Notes: generated by a model from the sequence alone, not told the origin. Numbered from the whole stretch's first letter, positions 39,090 to 52,880 are shown. The stretch: DNA of 59,359 nucleotides, filler included, from Platydemus manokwari (GCA_037951405.1; 6 parts of 6 records of this genome joined end to end with filler, not necessarily neighbours in it); one strand, 5' to 3'. Program-made: numbers and translations.

Positions 39090-39700
39090 TCATCCTCAAT
39101 CAATTTTGAACAGTACGCTTTCCAAACAAAATCTCAAATGGTGAGTGTTTCATGGGATTTATTATGAACTCAATTCTTGGTATGCGTATATTTAAGAATA
39201 AGAATATTTTCCAATTTCATTTTTGAAACCACTGTCCTGATTATTCTTTCTGAGAGACAGTTTACTTGATGTTAATGGTCGTGAACTATTGCATGATGTC
39301 ATAATTATGGCCATAGTTCTTATCAGCTTAATATCAAACATCTTACTTCAATTTGATAAAATTTCATTTATTGACTTCAAGTAGCGAGTGACAATGGATT
39401 CCGAAATGCCAGATTTGTTTTTTATTTGAAAGAAACTAGCTAATTTGCTGCAAAGTTGTGGACTTAGTTTTGACATTTTTTCAGTTGATAAACGTTTCGG
39501 AGAACCACTATTCGTTCATAATTGCATATTTATCTTTAATAATCTCCTTCCGTAGCACGTTTATGATTCCTTTAAATAACATATCGTAAGCAAAATGTAG
39601 CCCCATATCATTAAATGTAGCGAAGACCTTCGTAATTTGAAGCCATTTTTCCGGTTTGTGATTAGCTTAATCGAAGAATGCTGGTTTTAGAATCAGCAAT
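39090..39700 (-). mobile_element. Degenerate Ty3/gypsy-type integrase core remnant
   Basis: Minus-strand fragments SGISESIVT (cf. FGxPxxIVTD), HQVNCLSERIIRTV (cf. HPQxNGLxERxNRT, catalytic E) and KHSPFEILFGK (cf. SPFELLFG), in the expected order; many stops. Confidence 0.6.
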
Positions 39701-41202
39701 TTTTGGGCCTTTGAGACAATGTGAAGGAGATATTCTGTTGCTCTTACTTTTTCGATATCTCAAGCAAATTAATTTCAATGAAGCTTGCATTTAATATAAT
39801 GATATGGACAAATCGTTGTAATTATTGATTTATCTAATTCCTCCATCATATATTTTATTTTAATTTAACTATTTAAAAATAATTTAATATCTTTTGTTAT
39901 TTTGCTTGTTTAAAATAAGTTCTTAATTGATTGGAAAATACACTTTAATCAGAATATTTAAATGAGTGTAAATCCAATTCAAAGTCTTATTATTGATTAT
40001 TATTTCCTCAAATACCAAACGTCGATTTTTTGAGTTGTAAAATTTTTTCCAAACATTTCGCCAAATAATTCAGAAATTCTTTCGATTAATGTCGTGTTTT
40101 CTTTCTTTTTTGTTTAAATAAATGCATATTTTTGCCTTATTCACTGTTTTTTAAATATCACAACATAGAAAACAACGCAACTTGGTTTAAAATTTTATTT
40201 ATCAAACAAACTCGAGACAGAGCCAATATGTACTATAATTAATTTTTATTAAATTTCCTATTAAAAAAATAATCTAGCTCTGCCAAATGCTGATTAGTTT
40301 TTTATTCATTTATTTAAAGCCAAAAATCGTATTTGAGTGAAAAAAATTCATCGTTAAAAATTTATCAACTAGAAAATTATTCACAATTTTCAAATATTAT
40401 CATGCATTTAAACAATAATTTTTATTCTTATTTTAAATTTGATTTGATAATCGATGTTTTGAAATTTATAATTTTCCAACACTGTTTGTTTAAATGCTTG
40501 AAAATCGCGATGGATTTTCATGGTGGGCTATAAAAAATTGATATTAAAAGATAAAAAAAAATCTTATTTGTTGGTGGTGAATTTCCAAAAAAGATATTGG
40601 CTAAAGCTAAGAAAAGGGGTTTTAAAATAAAATTTTTAATTTGTTGAGTGCATTGCAAAAATCTATATAGTTTATTTAATTATATTCTTTAAAAACAATT
40701 ATGAATTTTATATTTAAGTACTTGATTTTAGTTGTTTAAAATCAAATATTAAATTGGCTAGAGTTATAAAACCTTCTAAAATTGTATTATTTGAAAAAGA
40801 GATAAAAGTAAGTCAAATTGCAATTTATTGAAAAATAGCGAAGACTGATCTTTTAACATTAGATACAAATTGAGAGATACAATTATTTTATAAAAATAAG
40901 TGATATTAGATCATTAAACGAGTTTGTAGTTTAATAACTCGATTTATAATTTAAAAAAAATCAAATTTTAAAATTCAAAAAATCATATATTAGGGTTGTG
41001 ATTATAACTTGGTTTGCAATTTTATTTAGTTATTAACGGACATCATAAAATGTGAGATATTAACAAACAAATAATTTTCATAAAATTGTTAGGATCCGAA
41101 TCCAACCCACAATGAGTCATATAACCACATATCACGCCCACAAATATAATAATATAATTTAATTCCAAAAATAAACCAAATCCTATAAATAGAATTTAAT
41201 AA

Positions 41203-41302
41203 NNNNNNNNNNNNNNNNNNNNNNNNNNNNNNNNNNNNNNNNNNNNTTAATTAATTAANNNNNNNNNNNNNNNNNNNNNNNNNNNNNNNNNNNNNNNNNN
41301 NN
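41203..41302. other. Assembly gap with TTAATTAATTAA linker
   Basis: 44N + linker (41247-41258) + 44N. Confidence 0.97.
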
Positions 41303-44300
41303 AGTTTTTCATATCATAGATTATTCAAATCAAAATATTTCATGGGTGCCTGTCATTAAAAATTAATTCAAAGTTTACATCAATAACCAATTTATCATAT
41401 TAAACCAAAAAACCATTTTTATACTGAATCTGCAGTAATGTCAGTAAATTGTTTTCATATTTTTTCAGTCTAAAATTAAAATTTTGATCACAAAAGTAAT
41501 TCTATTTCCACACAGAATTGATAATTTTAGATATTTATAAGTTATTTAGCTGCAATCATTTTACATCATTTTATAAAAGATATTTCTGTGTAAATTTAAG
41601 TTAAAGATATTTTTGACTACTGAAATGTTTCTAAAAGTTTCTATTGAAAGAATCATTTAAAAATTACTTGAAAAATTTTTGTTTTAACCATATCAACTAA
41701 TATCTATTATTCTAATTAACATATACATCATCGTTTATTTGCATGAAGTCTAATTTTCTGTAGTCATGACTATATTTTGGAAACAATGACTGTTGGCATA
41801 ACTAATTCCTTTATTTTTTAAAGTGACAATGGAACAAAATTTTCATAAAAATGTATCTTTTTACTAGACTTCTGGGTTGATATTTTAAATTATCATTGGT
41901 TATATTATTTTGTATGATGATGTTTCCATTGTTAATATCCTTTATTATTCAGAGCAACTTTTGAGATTTACATTTCTAGGTGTACATCACTAATTTATGT
42001 TATTTGATATCGAGTGTCGTGGCTCAATTAAATAACATCCATTTAAATTTTCATTTATTCAATTTATTATTTAATTTTTTCAGATCTTCTTTCAAGACAC
42101 CGACCTACTTTTGCAGCAAATATATCCTTATTTCTCTTGGATGAACAACAGAACTGTTGACGGAAAACATGATAGTAACATGCTTGCAGGTATAAATGTT
42201 TTATTTTATTAAAGAATATGTTATATTATTGTGCAAGATATTGTTACCATAGTGGATCGGGAAACATTGATAAAACGGCTAATGTGACGTGAAATTTATT
42301 TTATATTCATTTTCACAATGAAATGCCCATATTTTTACTTTTAATAGTTTTTTAATTCAGTATTTTTCCTTATTATTCTTCTACATTCTATTTTTGTTCT
42401 ATATTCTTCATGATTTATTTGTATAGTGTCTCTGGCATATGGTTCTACTCTTCGAATTGTTTTCTTAACTTTTTCGAATTCTATTTCATTTACTAGTATT
42501 TGAATCTTTTCAACTTTTTTGAACGAGAATAATGGCAGTGTTGATTGTTATTACTGTCTTATATAATCAAAGTGAATCTCTCGCGGATATTCTCTGCGAT
42601 TAAATCTAATGCCAGTGCATTTATTTTATCGATGAAATTTATTCTTTCAGAATAAATTTATTAGATAGAGAAAATATTTCACGATTAAATTTAATCGAGT
42701 GATTACTTTAGTCTGTGACATGACTTTCATGGGCGAAAATAGTTGATAATTTATTTGTCGCTGTTAATGCGCGATATCTCATTGCATATTGATTTTTCAT
42801 AAACTAATTTATTATGTTAGGGAATTTTGATGGATTTGCTATTGGTGATTTTATTAATATTATGCCTATACTTAAAATGACTTTTATGCTTTTTCTAGAG
42901 ACACTTCTTTGAGACTGCTGAATTTATGGTGATTTGATTATTGAAAGTATGATTGCGATTGATGATTTTATAGTGTTATGTGTTTTTGCAAAATATTGTG
43001 ATCACTAATTATGTTTTTGACGTATAAATTATGTTTATGTCTTTAGGCGTGCAAAATAGAACTTTGGAACCCAACTGTAACATGATTGCAATGGGAACGG
43101 TTACAAATATAGAAATTGTTCGAATTCAATGACCTCAAGATTCATGCAATGTTACGACAATATTTTAAAAATAACAATCGATAAAAATAAAAACCAACCC
43201 TATAAATTATAAAAAAAACAACATAATAACTCAATTTCAAATGTAACACAAAATCTATTAATAACTATAAAACTCAATAACCTCGTCCATTTTCTATCAG
43301 AAATCAATACTCCATTTAGAAAAAACAATTATATTTTATTTCAAGCTTATTCAATGGAAGATTTCCAATTATATCGAATCCAAATGTGTATGCCAAGCTT
43401 AGCTCTGAGAAATTTATTAGCATTTATAAATGTGTTAGAATAAAAAGTGAGCGCTAAATCTGTATAATCTTAGATAGGATCAATTATATTGACTGATTAT
43501 GCGTGCCTTTACGATATTTAATGGAAATTTGTTATTTTATAAAACAATTTATAAATACTATAAATTTGAAAGATATATAGACAGGTAAACTCAAACGGTA
43601 GATATTTGAAAATCAGATGAGTTCCTAAACTCATCGTGTTCAAGGATGCCTAATTATAAAGCAATTTACATTTCAATTTTATATTTTAAAACATGAAAAA
43701 TCCAATATTGATAATTATATCCGGCTAGCCAATAATATTCAAATAATTATATTCGATCATAATCATAATCATATTATTCGTTATATTGATTGTTCAATGA
43801 CTAAATCTGATAGCTTTGCATTGTTAAATTTTCTTTGAAATAATCCAAAGGTGTTGTCTCTTCTTTTTCTATCAATTCATCTTCATTATCTACTTGGTGA
43901 TGTCCTCTTGCTTTTGGTACAGCAACTTTTCTCTATATTTGTATATAATTTATTGCTATTGGTGATAATTTATTTTCTATATTCTATAAATGATTTCTAA
44001 CTAAAACCAAATTTGATAAAATGCAATCCAATTACGTGTGCATTTTTCAATGTGATACCTGCATTAAAATAGCTTTTTTTATCAGGAAAATTTTAATAAA
44101 GATCTAGACACATGCAAAAGAACAATAATATTGTTGATTCTCAAATCACCAATGAAAGTATTACGTTAATTTATGTTAGTTGAAATAGGGTGTAGTAAGT
44201 CTGTTTAGTAAAACAATCATTTCAAATGTTATTTATTTACTTCATTGATCATTTTATTCATATCTTCAATAAATTCATATAAAAATTTCCCTTGGACGAA

Positions 44301-46199
44301 AGACAAAGTTGTGGACGGAAAATTTGACGAAATATGTTCAAAGTTTGAGATATTTATTCCAGTCTACAAATGAATATCCTATATTTTATCACGGGATCAT
44401 GTTACTATAGTACAATATGATAAAGTGGTGGATGGTTCTTCTTGACCAATTGTCAATAATCAAGTGCATAAATATATATAGCAGAAAACATCGACATGAA
44501 ATATTTGAAACTTGGTTTAATTTAACGTTGCTCGGTTTATGTTGCTTTCGAAAAAGAATAATCCTGAGTGAGCAACTCGGAATGTTACTTAAGATTCAAA
44601 TGTTTATTTAGTGAAATGACAAGGAACACGCATTAAATACTTTGATGATAATGAAAGTTCTTCTTCGCAAGCAACACATGTAGGAATCTACATATATCTT
44701 CATATCTATAATTTCATTTGATTTACTCAAATAGTCGTCATTTCTTTAAGTTCGCAAATCTTTGTTAATATTTTTCATTTATAATTAACTGAAGCTATAT
44801 CTATGATGACTATACGAGGATCCCCCCGGAATTTACTATATTTCAAAGTAATTTAATATTTTAATAATTTGTTTTAGAAGAATTTGTTTGATGAAATCAG
44901 GTATGTTTGACTTTAGATTTCAAAATACATTATTTGCAATGGTTTCTGTGGATTATGGTACTTACCGGCACTCAATAAGGTAAAATTGTTAGATTGTGAT
45001 AAATTATTATAAAGGACAGAGTATAATAAAGACCATTATTTATATAATACTATCAGTGGGAAAGTAGTGGGAAAATTTAAAGATAAATGAAGACTTTGTT
45101 CCTTTTAAAGAATCCCTTGTATGATTAGAAATATTTTTTCTACATTTAAATTCTAGATCTGGTTCTTAATTGCGTTTTTATTTTAATTCTTAATATATCT
45201 TACCGTAAATCTTTAATAATTTTTTACCTTTCATTTTTGCTTCATCAAGTAATATATTATCCTTCAAAGCTTTTGATGTAGTTTATCGATATAATCTACA
45301 AATGTTTTACAAAATTCTCTATAAATTTGTTTTCTTTTTAGCACTTAAACCAATATGAAAATTTGTTTATTGTTAGTAAGATAGTTCATACACAATAATA
45401 TAAAGTAATTACTGCAATAATTCCAATACAAGAAATAGTTGTCATTACACCTAATATTCCAATGCCAATGAAAATTTAATAATTTAAACCGATATCACAT
45501 CCAGTCTTTTTATTGGTTAATTAACTATAATACTCCAATAATGCTTCTAAAATTCTTTTATCATTATTGAAATTATAGATTCTAAGTTTATTAAAAATAT
45601 GTTTATTAGTCGAAATTTCTTGAACATTCAAACTTCTATTAATAATTATAAATCCCAGAAAATTCATTAATTAACAATTTCGATTTTATAGCCACTGTAT
45701 ATAGTCCATGTATTTCTTAAGTAAGAAAAAGAACATTTAACAACACATACAAACTCTGATCCATAAATATTGTCGAGGAAAACTTTTCCACCTCTAATTA
45801 AAATACAACTTCCTTAACCAAAAACTTCATTTACTAAAGCAAAACTATATTCACTGGGTCTATTAAATAATTGCACATCAGTTATAATTTACTTATTTAA
45901 AGCTATCTCCGTTTACTTTATTTTCTTAAAAAAATCACTTGGTGAAATTAAGTGAAACATCGCTGTACAATTAAATAGTCACTTTAAAGGGATGATCTGA
46001 TTGTTATGTGTTAGAATATTATTAAATTCTCGTTGGAAAAGTGAAGTGAATAGTGAGCGAGCATCTAACAATTTAGTCGAACATAATTCACGTGGAGTCT
46101 AAATGGGATGTTCTGTAAACATTAAATTGTGTTATTAAACTACTGAACTCTTTTGTACTACATTTACCATATTTCACCAATACCGATAATTTTGTATTT

Positions 46200-46710
46200 C
46201 GATAATGCTATTCCTTCATTCGATGAATTTTTCGGATATCTGGGATCTGATGAAAAATAGATTGTTGATATTTTGAATCGAGAAAGAAAGTTGAAGATGA
46301 TAATTTATGGTTTTCAAAAAGAAAGTTTATTATTATATGAATGATGAATTTTAAGATTTGGAAACCGATGGATGTTAAAAAAAGGCTGATAACGATTTTT
46401 ATTATAACATCGATTCTGATGATGAAATTGATTCTAATGATTATTAAATCATTGATGATAGTGATTCTTGATAATAAGGTGACAATATTTCTGAATAAAC
46501 ATTGGATACACTTATTGATTCCGATTTGATATATTTGATTGTGATCAATGTCTTGTGAATTATTCTTAGATGATATGAAAGATTTTTGTGTGTGTAGTTT
46601 TCTTATGCAAAAATAAAATTAATTCCATGGATACATGTTTTGTTTTCAAAATATTCCAAAAACACAAATCAATAGAATAATAAAACATGTTCCACGTACT
46701 AATCATAAAA
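46200..46710 (+). pseudogene. Decayed duplicated coding unit, copy A (acidic region then possible RING-like end)
   Basis: Alignable to 48975-49400: ATGCTATTCCTTCATTCGATGAATTT vs ATGTTATTCCCTCATTGGAAGAATTT; TATGGTTTTCAAAAAGAA in both; AAAATTAATTCCATGGATACATGTTTTG vs AAAATTAATTTCATGAATACATGTTTTG. Confidence 0.6.
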
Positions 46711-47963
46711 CAACATAGATAAAATCAAACTTGATTAACAATAAATATGCGTATTACTCAAAAAATGTAACTAAAACTTTGTTTCCAACTGATAGTTGAC
46801 CATCTTTACATTGATATTTATTGATCTGTATGTAATTCTGGTACCATACTTGTATTAGATTTTGATTTGATCTTTACTTTCCCATATTTCTTTTAAACCT
46901 GTTACTTTTTGTAAATGTGACATTGGTCAATCACTATTTGTGTGTTGCTGTTCCTTCTTAGTGATTGGTTGATTGTCATACATGCATAGTTGTTGAGGCA
47001 TACTAATATTTAAAGAGCTAAAACAAGAATTCCAAGATGGAAATTAGTTTTTTTCCAAGGTTACATCGTACTTATCATTATGAATAATATAGAATTAATT
47101 TATAAAATAACAATAGAATAAATAACCTGATCTAAATAAAATATAATTAAAATAAAATGAAAGACAGATTGATAACGCCAAATAAAATCGTAAAACAAAA
47201 TAATATTATTACAATAAAATAGATGAAAAATTGTCCAAATAACCAGATGTGTAATACTTTTAGATTTTAATTTATTATAATACAACTACAGATTACTGTT
47301 GACTTCTTATAGTAGTGCCCGTAAGAGTCCTCAATGAATTTTATCGGTAATTAGGCTTAATGGCACCGTAACCACTACTACAGAATTCATTCGAATTTAA
47401 GATTCCATCGTACTCTTTATTCAACATAAAGCAAAATAAATTTATGAAATTTGTATTGATAAAATCTTGAAAATAAACGTTTCTCACAAACGCAATAAAC
47501 AAAACATGTATGAAGAGAAAATAAAAGAACTCAAACATCAGATACTAATCTCCGAAGAAACAGCTTTTCCAAAGCTACTTTTATAAAAACATTATGCGTC
47601 CTATCATCATTCTGAGATATTTTATATGGATTCACAATTTATTCAATATAATTCTTATTTTATAAAAAAATTATAAAAAACCAAAAAGAGGCCCAAAATT
47701 TCTTAGGGTTTTTATGGTTTTCTATTTAGATATTGATTTAATTTTTAAGATAACTTGATTTGAAGCTACTATAAATGATCTCAGTGCTTTATAAGCTCAC
47801 AAAAAATTCAGAAATCAATATAGGGTATTTAGAAAATCATTGGATATTATTTCCCAGAATTCCTATATCGATTATTTTTTTTGAAATCAATGATTTATTT
47901 CGATTTGTGATTTTATATTGGGTGTTCATTAATTAATCAATTAAAATCGAATTTGAGAGTCAT

Positions 47964-48098
47964 TCGGTAGTGAGTTTTGGTTGTGGACCTCTTTCTGAAA
48001 TTGCGGCATATATTAATCACATGCGTAAGGTTTTGAAATGTTATAATTTATCATTGAACTTTATGGCGGTTGACAGATTAGAATATTGGGGAAATTAA
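47964..48098 (+). pseudogene. Class I SAM-dependent methyltransferase fragment
   Basis: SVVSFGCGPLSEIAAYINHMRKVLKCYNLSLNFMAVDRLEYWGN* shows a glycine-rich motif I (SFGCGP) and a beta2 acidic motif II (FMAVD..W). Bounded by stops. Confidence 0.6.
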
Positions 48099-48974
48099 AT
48101 TTCCAAACTGAATGAAATTTCAGATTCTAATACAACAATTTGATTCGAAGTTTTTATATTACTTATTTTAGCAAACATTGTTTTTATAAGTAGTATGAAA
48201 TCAATGATAAAAATATTATAATAATAATTTCATAAATGGATGTAATTTGATTTTCATATGAATATCATTAACTTGAAATTTAAATGTTCTATTCCAATGA
48301 TAAAGATATATCAGATCTTTCTATTCAGCATTTGAATACTGGCTTATAATGTGATAATAGACTTATTGTATTCCAACCATTGGTTGTTTCTATTATTATG
48401 GTCTGTTTGTTTTAATGAAGTTAATTAAAAACAGAGAACAAATAATTTAATATTTCATTTATCTTTAGAGCATGACAGAAATTTATAAAATAAAATGGTT
48501 TTACTACTTTTATTTATTTATTTTATTTATTTTAAATTATTTTATTTTCATTTTTTAATTTAAATTTTATATTTTTTAATAAAATAAATTGAATTTCCAC
48601 TGATCGTTAGGGTTTAAGATATCATTAATTTTCTTGAAAAAGTCAAATGAGTGATAATCGAGCATCTAATAATTAAGTCAAATCACGAGTCATTTGGGGT
48701 CTTAATGAAATACCCTGGAAACATTAAATTAAGTTTCATATTTATAGAATGGGGTTTTATTAAAAGTTCTATTTGCATATTCTTTTATTGCTCGATGATG
48801 TGAGTTCCTTGTGGATGCCTGGAGCTAAGAAGGTCAATAGTATTATCTTTCATTAAAAATTGAATGAGCTACAATATGGCAATATTTTATAAATAATATT
48901 ATAAATAAGAACTTTATTAAGAAATGAGATCTTTGTAAAACAATTCTGCTGAATATGTCAAGTGATGCCGATGT

Positions 48975-49400
48975 TTGCACTATGTTATTCCCTCATTGGA
49001 AGAATTTCTCGAATATCTGGAATTAGATGAAAAAGAGATTATTCTTTGGAAAGAGATTTGAAATTGAGAAAATATGGTTTTCAAAAAGAATTAACTAAGT
49101 TTGGAACTGATGGATTTGAAGAAGCCATGAACGATTTGTATTCTAACCTTGATTATGATGATGAAGTATATTCTCTGAATTATTATAATATCGATGATAG
49201 TAACTCAGTTTCCTATAGTGACAATATTTATGATTTGTCATTTGATTAACTTATTGATTCTATTTTTGATATATTTATTTGTGACTCATTGTTATTTTTA
49301 GATGGGTTAAAATAAAATTAATTTCATGAATACATGTTTTGTTTTGAAAATATTCTATTAACACAAATCAATAGGAGAAATAAACATGATTCTGATAATC
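48975..49400 (+). pseudogene. Decayed duplicated coding unit, copy B
   Basis: VIPSLEEFLEYLELDEKEII/ERDLKLRKYGFQKEL...acidic tail (ORF 49046-49249); homologous to 46200-46710. Confidence 0.6.
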
Positions 49401-49489
49401 AAAAATAGTCCAATAAATTCCTGAAAAACTAATGGCAAATAGATACATAACAATATTGATAGATATTTAACAAATTCTAAACAATGTTG

Positions 49490-49860
49490 GGAAAGCGCAT
49501 CCAATGCCCTAAGTTCCTTCATTCATAGCGCTCTGATGCCCCGAGCACATCTAATATAATGGTCACAAATGCCCTAGATGCCCCAAATGTCACAAACAAT
49601 TGAAGACTTGCGCTTCATCAAGATGGAAATTGGAATAGAACAGTTTATAGTGAGGATATGCCCAGAAGGTGGGCCTGAAAGAACACCAAGAAACAATCAA
49701 AACAGAGCCGATGGTCCCAGCAGATCCGAGAGAAGATAACTCCTGATGGTGGGGAATGTACAAACGTGTAGATTTAGACTAGCAATATGACTTCGGATTC
49801 CTGAAGAAACTCACATTGATTCATGACATTTCGTGATCAGTCTCCAATCTGTATCTTACA
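49490..49860 (+). mobile_element. 3' end of an LTR retroelement (PPT plus short LTR)
   Basis: Locally GC-richer segment ending in PPT GGTGGGGAA, directly followed by TGTAC(49757)...TCTTACA(49860). Confidence 0.4.
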
Positions 49861-50269
49861 TCATGTAATTTTCAAATCCTTCCTTAAATGTATATTGTAT
49901 TAGAATATTAGTTTTTAATGTAAATCGTAATTTTTTAGAAATTATATTTTAAAAATAATGAAATTTTCAATGATCATAAAATCAAAAATAAATCGTACAA
50001 CAAAAAATAATAAATAGCGCAACCAAAAAAATAATAACAGAAAAAATAAATTTAATTTATATAGAATTTTAAAATGTGTTTAAGTGAGTTAATAATATAT
50101 AGAAATTCGAAAATTAATTCTTTGGAATTTCTAAAAGTCTGAAAATAATAGAATTTATTTAAAGGAATTGATAAAATAATTTGAATTAAATATTTGAAAA
50201 AATAAAATAATTTTAATTTTGAAGTTGGAAAATAAAAATATTTTAAATTTCTAAAGCGAATTTTCCACT

Positions 50270-50369
50270 NNNNNNNNNNNNNNNNNNNNNNNNNNNNNNN
50301 NNNNNNNNNNNNNTTAATTAATTAANNNNNNNNNNNNNNNNNNNNNNNNNNNNNNNNNNNNNNNNNNNN
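50270..50369. other. Assembly gap with TTAATTAATTAA linker
   Basis: 44N + linker (50314-50325) + 44N, followed by (GA)n. Confidence 0.97.
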
Positions 50370-50415
50370 GAGAGAGAGAGAGATCATTGTTTATTTTATA
50401 TACAAACATTTTTGC

Positions 50416-51171
50416 TTAACGAAGCAGAATATCAAAATTCGGCATAGTTAAAGATGCAAGAAATCTTCTATCATCAAATCTGAATTCCTCTGTTTTGTTC
50501 TGATCGCACAGCTTGGTAAATTCTTCAATGTCATCATAAAATAATTTCAATTTTCTTTTCAGAGTGAGATCGTATTGTTCTTGTTTCACTTTGGTATCGA
50601 GCAATTTTGATTCGTAATATTGTTGAAAACGTTCTCTTGAAAGATAATCGATTTCAACAAGACTTCGTAGATATCTGTAAGATCTTGAATAACTAACGGA
50701 TTTATCTGTAATTTTTGATTTTTCTTCAACTATATTTGCAGACTTGGATTTTCTGATAGCACTTCCAGACCCTGTTTTTATTTCTTTATTATCAAAGAAG
50801 CATAATTCATCGGAAAATTCAGATCTTGTTCGAGAATTATATTTAAGAACTCGACTTTGTTTTCTCGTCTTATCCAAAACGTTGGCTTTTCGCTCCTTGA
50901 TAATCAGATTCCATTGCCCACCGATTTGATTAATAACTTTTGATTGATAGAACACTTTCTGAGCCTCCTTCCTAGCTTCTTTTAAATTGTGCTCTAAATC
51001 AGCACTGGAACGATATTTTTCATCTAGAATCGAATCGGCGGTTTTTCGAGACAAATTTACGAGACTCTTATTTGCATTTAACAATCTCAAATTTCCTGAC
51101 ACAATTTTTTTCTCTGGAATTTGAATTCTAGTGTTCGTCATCCAATTGACATTTCCTCGAGTAAGGGGCAT
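50416..51171 (-). CDS. Hypothetical 251-aa basic, probably coiled-coil protein (single exon)
   Basis: Uninterrupted 756-nt ATG-initiated ORF in very AT-rich DNA with protein-like K/R/S/E composition (DLEHNLKEARKEAQK; YDLTLKRKLKLFYDDIEEF). No family recognised. Confidence 0.7.
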   Translation of the reverse strand: MPLTRGNVNWMTNTRIQIPEKKIVSGNLRLLNANKSLVNLSRKTADSILDEKYRSSADLEHNLKEARKEAQKVFYQSKVINQIGGQWNLIIKERKANVLDKTRKQSRVLKYNSRTRSEFSDELCFFDNKEIKTGSGSAIRKSKSANIVEEKSKITDKSVSYSRSYRYLRSLVEIDYLSRERFQQYYESKLLDTKVKQEQYDLTLKRKLKLFYDDIEEFTKLCDQNKTEEFRFDDRRFLASLTMPNFDILLR

Positions 51172-52880
51172 GATTGGATTATTAAAATAGGAAGTATGAC
51201 AAGCACAAATTTAATTTTTCAAAATCAATTAATTTTACCATTAACTTTAATTTGTTAGGTTACAACACAATTATATAGCAGCAGTATTTTCATTCATTGT
51301 TGTAATGGCAAATCAGGTTTCTGAGTTTGAAGTTAGTGTGCTTAAAATTATAATAATAGGAAGAAAACGGAAACATATTCAATAGTTTATGGGTCAAGCA
51401 TCCGATTTTGTAGTTGATTTTAAGGGGAAAGTAAATATAAATTGAATACAGTAAAACAATGTCAACATAAATACCGAAATGAATAAAAATAAAGTTTAAA
51501 AAAAATCGTTACTTTCGTTCCAATATTTATTGCATTAACAGAAAAAAATGTGAAAACTTCACGATAGCAAAACTAATTTTTGTCAATTTAATTCTCACGA
51601 TCAGATTGTAGATTGTTTTTTATTAGATAGAAGTTTTAGTTATTGCTTAAATATCGTTTTTGATCAGATATTAAGAGTATCTCTTTTCTGAGATTTTCAG
51701 TAGTAAAACAGACATTTACTCTTTTTCTTACACAAAAACTGAAAACATTCAGTGTGTAATTGGCGACGAAATATTTTCAAAAATGTTATTCATTTAAATT
51801 CACTATAAAATACTTAATTCCTTTAGAAATTTCATATTAATCCCCAGATTATTATATTAATAGTTCCAAAGGGAAGTTTAAAGAAGTCTGTTCAACTAAT
51901 TTGGCTCACGAAATCGTTAAAAATAAAACTAAGTGAGTTAAAATTAGGTGAAAAAAAATTAAGTTGAGATAAGGTTGTTATTAAATAATACTTGATTTGT
52001 ATTGGTTCCTACATTTCCTCTTTTCTATAAAAATAAAACAACAAATAAAGGCTAACTTAATAATTTGCAAAACGAGTTCCATGTCAACAATTGTTTTGAT
52101 AATGCTTAATGTATAACCATTTCCGGCCTGTGCTTTTCTCTGAGTATTACTGTGGTGAAAAATAACGAAACTCAATTAATTTGATAAACTATCCGAATTC
52201 AGAATTTTATAATTAACAATCATACCAAACAAATAGTGCAAAGCATTGTGTAAAATCTATGTTTATAACTTCAAATCTACCAAAATATATAAATCACTGT
52301 GCTCAAATATTTAACAATATAAAAATAATTATTCTCGGTTATTAAATTACTACAAGCCAGTTTATAACTCTTCAGTGCATCACCATTATATAATTTCTAA
52401 CACAAAATAATTTTATTTATAAAAACTATTTAGATGGTTTTTCATTAAATCTATATCTACTCTTGTTTAATTGAATTCAATCAATCAAAACGACATTACA
52501 AACTTTTCAATAATATATTGCATTGGTTGGAAGCTTTTCAAAAAGCCACTTATCAACACAATTATAAATAAGTTATCAACTGCACTTCAAAATTAATCCT
52601 AGTGTAAAAAATATGCAAATGTTGGTATAACTTGCACAAAATCTTTTTACACTAATTTATTCGAATCAATCAAATTATTTAAAATTATAATTTTTAATTT
52701 CTTCACTGATAAAAGTTAACTTATTTAACTTTATATGTGAATCTTTAAACAAAAGAATTTAATGATTTCATACATTTTTAAGTTTATAATTATTAAATAA
52801 TTAATTTCAACCATGTTTATCGAGAGTTAATAGTTGAACAGCGAATTTAAAAATAATTTAAGTATTGCCTTTCAATAACT

